DNA from: Cycas panzhihuaensis
Lineage: Eukaryota > Plantae > Cycadophyta
NCBI GenBank assembly: GCA_023213395.1
Contig: CM041465.1
Span: forward strand, 76,515,741-76,579,740
Direction of reading: 5' to 3'
DNA length: 64,000 nt
The position numbers were made by a program, and so were the translations under genes. A model generated the notes under the pieces. The model did no database searches. It had not been told where the DNA came from and saw only the letters and a list, made by a program, of their open reading frames with translations. How positions within the stretch are numbered: position 1 is the stretch's first letter; the number at the start of each line of letters is the position of its first letter. Shown here piece after piece: positions 1 to 13,010 of this stretch.

Positions 1-699
1 ATGGGGCTGGGGTCTTGTGGTTAGAACAGAAGATTAATTTACGTAGACTTGGATTCAGAATCCAGTATGCACATTCATTGCTTTTCAAAACATCATTGAA
101 AAAGAAAAAAGAAAAACCAGATTAATACAACAGGTCAGTCTGGGCTGTATTGTTGTTTATTTCAATGAATTAGATTCCCTAAATTTTAGCTTTGAAAGCT
201 AAAGGAACTTCTCAAACAAGTCTTTCAAAGATTGAAGTCATGAATCACAGATGGATTGATAGGACATAGCATCTTTATAGAGCATCTAGTGGGATGATCC
301 CATATATGAATCAAAACAATTGGCAATTCCTGCATTTCAGGCAAGAGGTCTTAAATTTTAGGCAACAGGCTTCTACTTGTATCTTGTTGTACTGTGCACA
401 TCTGATGACTTCATTTCACTTCTTGAATATATTATAAGAGCTTTACTGAACATGGATGATGGATTATTTAAGCATGGTTTGGGGTTCTACAACAGATGAT
501 TACTTATGCGTACACAAAGGAATGAGGACACTGTGATGTATATGCAACATTTCTATTATGAGAATGAAAACTTGGATAGATTGAAGACACTGTGCTTGTA
601 ATGGGACCTGGATACCAATGCAAGACTAATGATTTGCATCAGCTTGTTATTTTCAAGCTTATGCTTGCTTCTTATTTCATTTAGCATTCCCAATAATCC

Positions 700-1750
700 C
701 TACAAGAACACTGTCTATCCTTTAAATGATGGAAATGGTTGTCATCCCTCAGAATGATTTTTCATGAAACAATTTTAGAGATGAACTTGATGGCAGAGTG
801 GCAATTCCCACATACTCAAAGGTTCTTGACAATCTGGATGGGTGTCTGAAGGGATGTGTTGATGAGCCCAAATGCAGTGGGAATTTTTTTTATATCATTC
901 TGATTGAGCTGGTTGCAAGTTAACAATATAAAAGAATTTTTTTTCGGTGAGATTTTAGAAGTTGTGTAGTAATGAAAGTAATCCACACATCCCAGAGAGA
1001 TTATGAAAGATAAGTATCATTACTGCCAACATGATAGGAAACACGGTCATCCCAGACAACTTGATGTTTGCAAAGTTACAAGACCTGCTGAGATAGCATC
1101 TGATTGAGAGTTTTGCCCAGGCTAATAACTTAGCATTAAAGTTCAAGGCTCAGGTCAATAATGAAGAAGGTGTGTGAAGTCAGGAATAACATGTTTCAAT
1201 TATTGAGAGAAGAAATCCAAGAATTACGAGTAGAAAACACATGTCATGGCATTGCCAAAACAGAAAAGAATACCGAATTAGAAGTGTTGTCATCAGAAAT
1301 AGTCAAAATAAAATTGGGTTTGCCAAGGGCTCAAAAGAAATCAATGGTTCCAGAAGAAGATCACAAATCCTGCAGTGGTCGTAATGCTGAAACACAGAAA
1401 AATGATGCAAAAGGAGGAGTTGAAAGATGGTGTGCCATTTGTGAAGCAACAACAGATAACACTAGAGATTGCTATTGTAATGAGCGATGAAATAATGTCC
1501 AAGACAGGGGTTGAGAATGTGGAGGGGGGTATTTCTGTCCCTCTTATTCTGCAAAGGTGGCCCACAACCCACCTAAGAAGAAAAAAACCAACTAGCAAGT
1601 GTATGTTCTGCCTAGAGTTTCAACATCAAAGGTTTGAGTGTCCTTATGAAAACGTTGGCAATGAAAGTGCACACATGCTGAAAGTTCAGATTCAGCAATT
1701 ATGTCTTTGATGTATAGGATAAATTTGGCATCTGGGCAGTTGGAACGATC
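700..1750 (+). pseudogene. Decayed Ty3/Gypsy-like gag fragment (coiled coil plus zinc knuckles)
   Basis: ORFs 1161..1490 and 1375..1710 contain CX2CX4HX4C-like motifs (WCAICEATTDNTRDC, CMFCLEFQHQRFEC). The segment is clearly homologous to 22900-23650 (LLREEIQELRVENTCHGIAK vs MLREDIQELGAKNACYAIGK), which is followed by a retroviral-type protease. Confidence 0.65.
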
Positions 1751-1859
1751 AAGAACATCCCAAGGGAGGGCTCCAATGGATGGAAATGGTAAGAAATTGA
1801 ACAATTGTTGCTGTGGCTGGAATGGTTGCAACAATAGAATCAAGCTCTTGGAGAATGGA

Positions 1860-1927
1860 TGGAATGCCTAGAAGGGAACAACGGAATGCGAATGACAGTC
1901 AGAATGGTGGAATGCCTAGAAGGGAAC
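1860..1927 (+). repeat. Short direct repeat tggaatgcctagaagggaac x2, 48-bp period
   Basis: Exact 20-mer at 1860-1879 and 1908-1927. Confidence 0.8.
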
Positions 1928-2374
1928 GGTTAGTACAAAACAGAATGGTTGGTAGAAAACATGTGTGACTGCAGCAGAAATCATGTCATGTCTGCACAGT
2001 TGTATAGAATAATGAAAGCATCACCAATTGTTAACAATTTATTATGTAATTATGACAAATTGTGAAAGGTTGCACCTTTTTGTATTTTAGGTCACCAACC
2101 TGGGTGTTAATAGGCCATTATACACTATTGTTCGTGTGAGTGCCATTGTATTCAAGCATAGCCAATGCAAGGTAGCCCCATATCATTGCACTTCAATGAT
2201 CGTTTAATGGAATTACAAGTTATGTGGAGTGTTGTCTACAGATTTGAGTATATGCGTATACTTGCCTTAATGTTTCTATATGCGTAGTGTGCATGAAGAT
2301 TAATGTGCGACAAGGAAGACATTTGAAGACACAAGTCACAAGGTTACAAGTAGACCAAGGCCAAGTTGAAGATG

Positions 2375-2725
2375 TGATAGGAATCACTTTCACTTAGAAA
2401 TCACACAAAATATTGAAGGCATCAAACATTATGAGAATCCATGAGAGATTCAAAGAAAAATAATAGAGAATGGCAGTAATTTTGTACCCTTGAATTAAGA
2501 AGAAGAGCCAAAAATATTACAACTCTCTAATATGTTCTAAATAAATGAAAATGGAAAGTGCAAGTTATTTATTTTCCCTTCCAACTGTAAAGCCTTCTTT
2601 ATGAAAAATTATTAATAAAATTCTCCTTCAGTCTTTAACTGGGGAGATTTGAATGTCACTTAAGCGAAATTACAAACATGATTAAAAATGAAGTGCAACA
2701 TACATAATACATTAAAGGCTCACCA
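2375..2725 (-). repeat. 3' LTR of element A
   Basis: Aligns with 8275-8573 (ccttgaattaagaagaagagccaaaa, gtctttaactggggaga); carries ~50-60 bp absent from the other LTR. Confidence 0.9.
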
Positions 2726-2769
2726 AGTCCTCCTTTCTTAGGAAGAAATTGCCCCAATTTCCCTTCAAA

Positions 2770-5700
2770 CATTGAGATGTGGATACTTACGGTCAAGTGT
2801 GGCTTGGGAAACCTGTCTTGCTTGTGAAGGTAGACTACCTTTCTTACCCACCAAGTAGGTAATAGTAGATTTTTGTTGTGTATTTCGTGTCTTGGTGTCC
2901 AGTAAAGTCTTTGTCTACAGAGGTGGCTAAAAATTTGGAATATTATGTATCAAATGCATTTGTTTGATCTCCTGTGACCATAGCGAATAGGTGTGATCTT
3001 ATTATGTTTTTGGTCTTTGAAGCATTGTCTATGCAAGTGTAACCACATCCTATTGCTCACTTGGAAATGATGTAGAACTTTGTGTTGATCATGTTGAGTC
3101 TTGTACTGGGCTTGATATGGAAGCAAGATTTCCTAGAGCTTGCAAGGTTGCTCTTGTAAGTATTGCATAAAGGATACAACTCTAACATGTTTAGTGGCCT
3201 CATGCCTTGTAATTAGAGAGGGTAAGGTGATTGGCACCTCAAAAGGGGCTGTGGGCTAGAATCTATAGCATAACTCAAAAGGACTATGACTTGTATTGAC
3301 ATGGACCAACTTGTTATAGCCATGTTGAATAGCAGTCAAGGCCTCATCCCAATGTCTATGCTATTGATAGATTTGTAAGCTATGAATGAACATGCGATTC
3401 ACTACCTTAGATTGCTCATTGGTCTTGGGGCGAATAGCTATGGAATAGTTTAAAGTACATCCAATAAGTTGTCACAGGGATTGCAAAATGTATTAAAAAA
3501 ATATACCATCCCTGTCAGAACTAATAGTCCAAACTAAACCCAAAAATAGTTGTGTGGTCTTGGGGGCATTGCCCCTTTTTCTGCATGGCACAAATGCTGC
3601 CATCTTATTGAAATGGGAGACGACCATGAAAATACAGTCATATTGTCATTGAATCATGGGAAGGTTGCTAAAAAAATCCATGGAGATACTCCCCCAAGGA
3701 TGTGTAGGCATTGGCAATGATTGATAAAGACCTATCTATTGATTGGAGGGTTTGCCTTGATTGCAAAGAGCACCACCTCAGTTATATTGCTCAACATCCC
3801 AATTCATTGGAGGGCAATAAAAGTGTTGTTGCAAATGATGGAGTGCTTTCAATACTCCAAAGTGATTGCCATACAAGATAGAATGAGCTTCTTGAATAAG
3901 TTGTAACCTAGTGTTGCATGTGGAATGTACAACCAGTGCATCTTGTATAACAAGGTATCTTATATACAATAATCTAGCGAATGAGTCAAGCTCATCTATT
4001 TTGGATGTAAAATAGAAGGTCTTGGAAAAATCAATATCATTGTACTATTGATCTCCCACTCCATAAACCCTGAACAAGTAGTGCCCATCATGCTAAGTGA
4101 AGTATGTGCAGGAGGGCAACTAAGGAACCTTGCCACATTATTAGTTGTTTCCTTCTTCTACTTGATTACAAGGTGAAATTGTTATAAATAACTGGTCCAT
4201 TTCATGTGTTGAGTCTCTTGGATTTTACTATGAGAGGGGAGGCTTTATAGCGGTTGGTGATTTGTGTGGACCTTTATCTCCTTCCCTAAGATGAAATGGT
4301 GTTAGTAGTTGTGTGCTTGGACAAGAGCATAAAACTCTTTGTTGTATGTGCTATACCTGGCTTGTGAAAAAGCCTCTAAATGGAAACTGACAAGATGTCC
4401 TCCTTTCTTAAGCATGACACCCAAAGCATACTTGGGTGCATAAGTCTCAACCTTGAAAGGTAACTATCTGTTAGGTAAGACTACAACATGTGTAGGACGC
4501 AAGGAGTCGTTTAATTGCTAGAAAGCTTATGACTGAATCAAAGTCCAACAAAAAGAACGTTGCCATTGCCTTGGGTAAGGGCATGCATGAAGGGGTTGTG
4601 CAATGGTTGAATACCCTCAGATGAATTTCTTGTAGACATTTATAGATCTTAAAAAGCTTGACAACGTGGCCAATGTAGTAGGGGTAGGTTAAGAATGAAT
4701 GGCAATCACCTTTGTTGGGTTGACATATAATGCCTCTGTGTCAACAATGAACCCCAAATGCTTGATAGAAGGTTTTCCAAAGGAACACTTTTTAAGTTGA
4801 CCCTATAGTTTGTGTTCTCGCAATAAAGTCCAGATACTATCTACATGTTGTAGATGCTTTGGCCAAGTGCGACTAAAGATGAAGATGCCATCTAAGTACA
4901 CAATCACATGTTTGTCAAGAAAGGCGCACAAGACCTTATTCACAAGTCACTGAAAAGTGGTAGGGGCATTTGTCAATTCAAACATATTGACCATCCACTC
5001 ATATAGATGATATCAGGTCTTGAAAGCAATTTCCTAGGTATCTATGGCATCAAGTTGCTTTTGATGATACCTAGAAGTTAAATCAATCTTTGTGAAGTAC
5101 CTAGCACCCTAGAGTTGATCGAGCAAGTCATTAATCTCTGGCACCATAATTTTGTCTAGAGCCTTGAAATCCACACATAATCTCCAAATCTTGTCCTTTC
5201 TTGGAACAAGTTGGGCAAGTGATCCACATGGAGAAAGAAAGGGCTAGATGTGACTTTTTTCAAGGAATGTAATCTACATCTCCAACTTTGCTATTTTCAT
5301 CACAGAGGATTGATATAAAAGGGCCTGTTGAGCAAAGGGGACCTTGGAAACAACTTAATGGAGTGCTGAACAGTACAAGTTGGTGGCAATTTGGAACGAG
5401 TTTCAAACACATCTATGTGCTTGTCCAACATTTTTTGTGTGCAAGGTGGGCCTATGAAGAGTTCACAAAATGTGATGAGTCAGCATGTCGAACTATGAGT
5501 GAAGCAAAAGTAGAGGCTCAAGATGCCAATCTAGTAGCCTCCTTACATGTGACTAGTGGCAATGTCTGGTCTAGAATGTTGTTGGTGCTGTGAGACAAAG
5601 AGTGGAGTGGTAAGTTTGACCATCCTTGGTAAAGAGATATGAATTCTCTCATTCGTTATAGACTACCAGTTGATCATATTAAAATGGTCTGCCCAAAAGT

Positions 5701-7030
5701 ATGTCACAACAATCCAGGTAACTATGTCAATGAAAGGCTCCATAGTCTTTCATTTACACACAATCCATAGGGGTGACAAAACAAGTAACTGTGTCAATGA
5801 AAGGCTCCATAGTCTTTGGTCACTAGTCCATCCTTTTTCACTCTACTTAGATCGTAAGATGTATGTGTGGTTGGGTGGGAAGATTGAGGGATGTGACAAG
5901 TTTATTTGCCACCAATTTTTTCATGGATCCATTATCCATGATGCATAAAAGCAACTAGTCCTTCACTTGTTAGTTGTGGATAAACAAAGGTTTGTGGTTA
6001 GAAGTTTTATACTGGCTAGCCATAAGAGTTAGTTGTGGGTTAGGCATAGAGGGACTGGTGACCAATGTCACTGAAGTCTCATTTGTTTTCTCTTGAGAAG
6101 AATCCTTAGATTGAACATCATAAACCAATGCCGGAGCCCTGGACTCCTTTTGTTGTTTATGACATTTTTCATTAGAATGAGTAAAGGTTTTGTGATGTCA
6201 AGAATACTTCTTCGATTTGCAAGAGCTAGAAGAAGAAGTTGAAGAGAAAGGAGGTTGGAAGGACCCTTGTGACTACTATTGTTGAGAATAACCCATGTGG
6301 GGTTAACATGTTCCTCAAGATCTCCTAGAAAGACTTGTGTTAGTCAGTCCATAAGAATTCCAAGAAGCTCCCCTATATGGTTGCTTGCGAAGGTAGTGGG
6401 CTTTGGCCTTTATTGCTTTCTTGAAGGCCTATTGTAATGAACTAATGTCCCATAGATCTAGCTCTAACCTGAGTGATAGAAAAAGTCCCCCAAGGAATTC
6501 TACCCTAAGTATATCATTAGGATCCCTAACATTCGATAGAATAAAAAGTTTGTGAAATAGGTCTATGTATTGCTAAATCAATTGTACTGTTGTCTATTGC
6601 AAATGTAACCACTATATTAAAATGACATCCTTGTACCCCAACAAATAAAAATAGACTTGAACAACATCTTTGAAGACATCCTAAGTAGCAATAAGTGGTT
6701 AGGGTGGGTATCACATTATAGCACAAGCATGAATTGTTGTTTGCCACTAAAGAAGAGCATGTTGTCCCATGTGTACATCGATGACCAAAATCTATTGCTG
6801 CCATGTGTAAGTATAGCATTTAAAATATACCTCTTGTGTTCGCAACCAAGCATCAAGTTTTTTGAGGTCCATAACACAATCAGAATGTGGAATAGAGATT
6901 TTGGTGTCTAGCTTAAATCTGTCAAGCAGAATAGCCCAAGCGTGGTGGCGAGGAAGTGCTGCAGTTTTCATAGGAGTCATCATATGTTGAAACATGTTCA
7001 TCATATTGCTCATTATATCTTTGTATCCCT
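2770..7030 (-). pseudogene. Disrupted gag-pol of element A
   Basis: Minus-strand translation gives RT motifs (WRLCVDFKALDK, YFTKIDLTSRYHQ, VYLDGIF for YLDD), RNase H (YSTYNKEFYALVQA) and integrase (HFGVLK...HFYCP, WGSISMDFF). Many stops and frameshifts. Confidence 0.88.
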
Positions 7031-8260
7031 AGACCATGCATTGTTGTTTGAGCCATGTTGTTCATCATATCAATCTAGTTCTGTGTGACCTATTGGAGGA
7101 GACCTTGTTGGATCCTCTATTGGTCAACCCTTTGACTTTGTAGCCCATTAAAAGGAATTTGGCTAACCCTTTTGTGTTGTTCAGGAGTGCCTTCTAAGGG
7201 AATGTGGTCTATATCACCTTGTTCTCGAACCATGGTTATGTAGAGTTTTGTTTATGTGAGGGAAGAAGACAACTAAAGCTTACTAAGACCTTAGACAGAA
7301 GGTTGGATTGGTTAGAGAAGCTATAACGAGAGTCACATCCATGGGTTTGCCTCTTCTTTATGGAAAGTAGTTGGTGATTGATACCAAGGAATGTGCAATG
7401 ATAAACCCTCTTAGGTTTACCTTCCCTAGCGGCATACACTTTGACACTTTCTATAGTCTTCAAGGTGAAAAAAAAAAGAAACTCAACCTAGGGTGCAAGG
7501 TAAATGATCTCTGAGTAATGTCAAGTATCAGAGGAAAATTTATCCCTCCCTAAGAGAGTGGGCCTATGAAAGAGAGAAGAATGAGAGTGAAAGTGTTTGG
7601 ACTAGCATTTAATGCAAAATTAAAAGAAAAATATTACAAGAAATGGAAGAGAAGAATTTTTAATAGTAAATTGTATGCTTACATTGAAAATTTGAAAGGG
7701 AGACCATTGGATTTAAGTTGATCAAAATTCTAAGGTACACTAGAGGTCATACCATATAGGCCATACAATTCCACACACTTGTATAGATCAAGGTTTCAAA
7801 ATCCTAAAAAATGAAGTTGGTCTCAAAGTGGTCATCTCCTTGGTGCCATCTAAGATTTGTAGAGGAAAGTTGAATTAGAGATATGAGAAGAAAAATATGG
7901 TCAGATTTGTTTACAATGGCCTCAAGGGTTTTGAGAGTGACTTTTGCTTGTTTTGAGTTGTATAGATGCCAAAAAGGGTCAAATTTGGTATCGACAAAAT
8001 GCTCTCAAAGAGAGGAATCTTCCTATAAAATTTGAGTTTTTAATTTCGTGTGTGGAAATCACAATGAATATATGAAGAAAATCAATTATGCCCTCTATTT
8101 TTGGCCAAAATTTGGGTCAAATGACTTTGAACCTGAAATTAATTTTAGGCTTGGATTCCTCATGTTGAGATGGAAATCTTGAGGCATCTTTCGAATATTT
8201 CCATTAACATTAACTTTTGGGTTCTATGCAAGTTCGTATAGGTTTGTACAGGGTTATAAG

Positions 8261-8272
8261 GCTTTGATCCCA
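8261..8272 (-). promoter_or_regulatory. Primer-binding site (tRNA-iMet type, degenerate) of element A
   Basis: gctttgatccca vs canonical gctctgatacca, 2 bp from the LTR. Confidence 0.75.
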
Positions 8273-8274
8273 AT

Positions 8275-8573
8275 TGATACAAGTCCATTCCTCTTAGAAA
8301 TCACACGAGCAAATGGCAATAATCTTATGCCCTTGAATTAAGAAGAAGAGCCAAAAGGTTTACAATTCAATTCTTTAATTTGTTATGAATGGACAAAAAT
8401 AGAATGTGCAAGTTATTTATCCTCCCTTCTAACCCTAAAATCTACTTTATAAAAAATCATTACTGAAGTTCCCCTTTAGTCTTTAACTGGGGAGACTTAA
8501 ATGTCACTTAAGTGAAATTACAATCATTAGTAAAAGTGAAGTATAATATAAATAATACATTGAAAGCTTCCCA
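8275..8573 (-). repeat. 5' LTR of element A
   Basis: Aligns with 2375-2725; adjacent to the PBS. Confidence 0.9.
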
Positions 8574-9042
8574 AGATGACATGTGATAGTGGAGCAATTG
8601 GGTAGCCTTGGGATGGCTAGTCTGTTGATCCATTAATCAACATTGTTTTTGTTGTTAAAATTTTAAAGTGAAGAAATGAACCTAATTCTTGCCAAGAGTA
8701 AGTGCATGCTTAAAATACAAAGGAGCCTAACTATTGTTGTAATGGTGAATTCTAACTAAACCCTTGATAGCTAGGTGATCTTCCAATGGCGCCAAAGAAG
8801 CCTTTGAACAATAGGAAAGTTGAGTCAAGCTAGGAAAAGGTGATATGATGGGTTGGGGAGCATAAATTTCAAAGATTAAAGAAGAGGAGTAGATTGTCAT
8901 CAAGTGAGATTAGGGATAGGTTCATTGGGAGGTTAAGACATATCGGGTTAATAACACCCCTGATTGTTAACAATGAATTCAACACATTAACATTAGAATT
9001 AATTCTAAAGATGTAAGAGGCCTATTTATCGAACCCCAATAA

Positions 9043-9245
9043 TGAAAACAACATTTGCAAAATGAGAATAGTTCATTGATTATTTGAGAGATAGCCTCTC
9101 AATAAGTACAAAGAGATTTAGTAACCGCTTACTACATGTAAGCCACTTGTCATTCTTACAACAAAGAGGGATTGCCACATAACTCTCATCAATAACTATA
9201 CAACATAAGGTATATTAATATCCTAGATAAAACATTATTCTAACA
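9043..9245 (-). repeat. 3' LTR of element B
   Basis: Aligns with 15826-16027 (aataagtacaaagagatttagta...cttactacatgtaagcca...tacaacaaagaggga). Confidence 0.9.
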
Positions 9246-9693
9246 CTATCTCTTAATGTTTTATCTATTTTAAACTAAACTCATTTTTAAGAAATTAAAA
9301 TTTATCTTTGCTGAGAGGTTTGGTCAAGATTCTGCAACTTGTTCATTGGTTGTATAATGTATCAACTCTATTTCTTTGTTCTGGACATTTTCTCTGATGA
9401 AATGATGATGTACTTCAATATGCTTGGTTCTGACATAAAAGACTGGATTCTTTGTTAATTTTATTATATTTTGATTTTCACAATAAAGAGTGGTTGGACC
9501 ATTTTATTTCTATTTCAGATCTGTCAATAATTGTTTCATATGATGCACTTACTGCTGATTTGTATTTGGCATTTGTAGATGATAATACAATAGTTGGTTA
9601 TTTTTTGTTGTTCTAGGATACTGTTGCTAAACCAATAAGGAAACAATATCCTATAGTTGATTTATTGTCTTCTCTGTCTCCTACTTAATCAGA

Positions 9694-10053
9694 GGTTGAA
9701 ATATACAAAGAGATTATCCAATATACAAGAACTATAGAGCAAATAACATGAACATAATATGATAGCATTAACTCATAATGAAAGAGACTACCTCACAATG
9801 TTTCCATACCAACAATAATATCATAATGGACTCCATTTTTACTCGATATCCTCTACTATATGTCAACCACTTATTTATACATTATAGGTGGGAGAGAGTA
9901 GTATGACTTGTGTTACATGTGGGATAAATGTCCAATATAACCAACCACATAACACCTATTTATTAACTAATAGCCTAATGACCACTTATTTGCATGTGTG
10001 CATTACCACTAAATACATTGGGACACATACACATTAAACATTATCCTCCAACA
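9694..10053 (-). repeat. 3' LTR of element C
   Basis: Close match to 13512-13875 (gttgaaatatacaaagagattatc...ggacacatacacattaaacattatcctc). Confidence 0.93.
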
Positions 10054-10199
10054 CCTTCCTATAATGTTTAATGTTATGACTACAAAAAGACTGAATACTA
10101 AAAACTAATATGACACTTGACACTAGACTTGGGACATTAAACATGATTTCTAGTGGACTTCTAATTTGATCAACATGTATTTTGCCTTCTTTGAATTTG

Positions 10200-11331
10200 C
10201 AATGTCTTGATCTTGGAATAGTTTTGAACACAATGTCTTTGCCTTGATCTTTATCTACATTCCTACAGTATCGTTCTTAGAGTATTCCACTAGAGTGATG
10301 GTCCTTGAACTTTACATTCTTCATCTTCATATGCAATAGAGAATCCTTTGTGTAGTAGATTATGGTCAAATCAACTTGAGCCTAATGTAGACCTATCTGG
10401 TGATACTATGTGTACTTATTAAGTGCATCTTTGAGGTGTACATCAAGTATGTTTTCAATCAATATTTTGGTCACCACTTGTTTGCTTTCATTTCTTCAAC
10501 ATATGATTGATCAATAATTATTGAACATATGTTAACATTTGAAGATAAGTCAACAAGAGAAGAATCAACATCCAAATATGAAGGCAAGTCATCAAATGGT
10601 GAATCAACATCATTTGAAACATCTTGTAAGTTATCATCATCATGTATGTGTTCCTTCTCAATAATCCCTTCAACTTTAAGTGGAAAGTCTTCATCATCTT
10701 GAGAGCAATTATAATTAAAACCAGTAACTGAATCAAGAATGGAAACATATTTCATTTTATCAACTTCATCATTTCCTGAAGCAATGAATTCAGTTAAAGG
10801 AATTTCAATTGCTTTATCACAATCACCTGTAGTAGGTTCAACATGCTTTTCAGGTTCAAGAATGTATTCAATGGTAATTTCATCAGTAATCTCGTCAGTT
10901 TCTTCACATACTTTTTCATTTGCATTATCACCTTCTATGTTTGTCATTTCAAGATCCTCTTGTATCTCTCGATGACTCTTTTCATACACATTCTTTAGAA
11001 GATTCTATACTTCGTTAGTAGTGCTAGCATTATGAATTGCATGAACAAGAAATTGATATAAAGAGGGAAGGTTCTCTTTGTCAAATGTTGTAAGAATCAC
11101 ATCAATGGCTACCCAATTCTTTTTCTTAAAACTTTCCTCCCTTTCTTCATTAATCTCTGAAGTGCCATCCCAAACAATTTCTCATAACCTTTTTGCCATA
11201 AATAAATACTCAATTTTTATTTTCCAAATATGAAAATTAGTTCTAATATATTTGGGTAAGGCCTGGGGAATATCTGTTAACCAAAATTCATTCTTTTTTG
11301 GCATAAAAATAATAATGTCCTCTAACTCCAT
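10200..11331 (-). pseudogene. Copia-type gag of element C with long acidic C-terminal extension
   Basis: N-terminal Copia gag signature RTNFHIWKIKIEVFIMAKRL*EIVWDG, followed by the D/E-rich ORF 10471..10989. In-frame stops. The 3' limit is approximate. Confidence 0.75.
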
Positions 11332-12153
11332 GATGAAAGACTGACTTGATTAAAAGCATATCATTCAAAAAATTATGTATTAACTTTGAGCAGAGAAAAC
11401 TCCATCAAAACAACAATAAATTCCCTTAAATCACATATCAAAATGCCCATCTCTGATATACGATTTCAACACCTCAGACGATTTGAAAAAAAGAATAAAA
11501 GTGGTCTTAAGCCCCTTTCAAATATAAACCATAGGTCACATTAAAACTTCATATGGTCGAGGGCTAAGTTGCTAGCGGGCTAGCAGATTTTAAAACATAT
11601 CCAATACAATTAAATTTGGTTCTGACCTTGCCAAAAATATTAATCCTGCCTTATTGCCACTTGGAGTCCGCAGATTCTGAATAACGTTTCAATAAAGTTA
11701 ATTTTATTCGAGACCTTTAAAGGATATTGACTATAACTTCAAAGTTTACCTTGCCTATATTCGTGGCTTTGATTAATCCTCCTTGGTTCCTCAGGTTTCT
11801 TCCACCATCTACGACTCCTACACTTCTACGAATAGAGATTATGCAGTGACTACGGATGGAGGATCTGCTCTGTGCCTCTGTACACTGAGGTTATGTGGTG
11901 ACGACTTGTAATGGCTAATGCGGGTTGACAAATCCATGATTAATCTGCAACTATCTATTTGGTTTTGATTAGGGTTTTGTCTAAGATCTTTATAGGTGAA
12001 CAACTTCTCCTTCTACGTGCTTCTTCTTCCAGCTAAAATACACAACTTCATGCGTTTCTATGATCTTTGTTGGATGACTTATGAAGATCACCTCATACTC
12101 TTGTGTCAACTTACAGAGATGTTTCTCCTTCTAGCAATAAAACACCACATCAA

Positions 12154-12675
12154 GTTGAAGGAGCCAAGTTGAACCATCTCAAGTTTGCTCGACATAGGCT
12201 TTCTTACCGTTACTTGTCGGCTGGAGCTACGTTCTCTAATCCCCAATTGTCTCTTTCCCGCATTGCATGGACAAAAAACTATATTTTGACTTTGGTGATG
12301 GATGATTTATTTGATGACGCTGGTACCATTGAGGAACACCAAAATCTAGTCGAAGCTATTACAAGGTGGGATCCGACAACAACAGATGGGCTGTTGTTAA
12401 TATTAGATAATGTGAAAGTTATTTTCTCTTTCTCGCACGAATACATTAAAAATGGCAAAACCCCATTTGTTATGGAAGCCATCTTGCTTCTTGCTCTCTA
12501 CTTTGTGGGGCCCATTCTTTTGGAACAAATCATTAGTCATCTTGACTACTAGAATGTGATTCAACTAGTATGCCTCTATAGTCAAATTCTGAACGACATT
12601 CAAAGTTCCAAGTGGGAAACCAGCTGAGGGAAGGTGATCAATTGCATGACATCATACATGAAAGAGAATCTAGGA
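12154..12675 (+). pseudogene. Captured fragment of a class I (ent-kaurene synthase-like) terpene synthase, C-terminal alpha domain
   Basis: KLNHLKFARHRLSYRYLSAGATFSNPQLSLSRIAWTKNYILTLVM-DDLFD (DDxxD at 12301-12315), ...EAITRWD..., EYIKNG...ALYFVGP..., NSE/DTE motif LNDIQSSKWE (12589-12618), GKVINCMTSYMKEN. Stops at 12550 and ~12625, plus an internal deletion near 12430. Confidence 0.9.
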
Positions 12676-13010
12676 GAAGTTGATACTATATGAGAGGGCA
12701 GAGATCACTAATCATGAGCTGATTCCTGGTGGTCGAAATATCAGAGTTATAGAGGAAAATAAGCATGAGTATGTTGACCTTATGGCAAAACATCAACTCA
12801 CAACAACAATCCGTCCTCAGATCAAGTGCTTTTTTTGGAGGGCTTTAGTGAATTGATTTTAAGAGAGTGGATTTCTATCTTCAATGACAAGGAACTTGAA
12901 TTGTTGATTAGTGGGCTTCCTAAAATAGATTTAGATGACCTAAGAGCAAACATAGAGTATGCTGGTTATAGTGCAACATCTATTGTTTTTCAATGGTTCT
13001 AGGAGGTAGA
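12674..13010 (+). pseudogene. UPL1: Captured fragment of a UPL1/UPL2 (HUWE1/Tom1)-type HECT E3 ubiquitin ligase
   Basis: My translation: [50 protein letters not shown]...[45 protein letters not shown], matching the conserved plant UPL1 HECT segment. Frameshift near 12830-12860. Not in the ORF track. Confidence 0.92.

Larger units (their letters stand above)
2375..8573 (-). mobile_element. Element A: full-length, decayed Ty3/Gypsy LTR retrotransposon
   Basis: Direct-repeat LTRs at 2375-2725 and 8275-8573 with TG...CA ends. Exact TSD AGATG at 2370-2374 and 8574-8578. Degenerate tRNA-Met PBS at 8261-8272. Purine tract on the minus strand next to the left LTR (tcctcctttctt). Minus-strand gag-PR-RT-RH-INT remnants. 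Confidence 0.92.

Noticed and set aside
1-700. Possible host exon or intron at the window start
   Set aside because: No ORF or recognisable motif; it grades into the gag remnant, so it cannot be assigned.
12103-12552. ORF as a functional terpene synthase gene or exon
   Set aside because: Partial domain, internal deletion, stops before and after the NSE/DTE motif, and it lies inside an LTR element.
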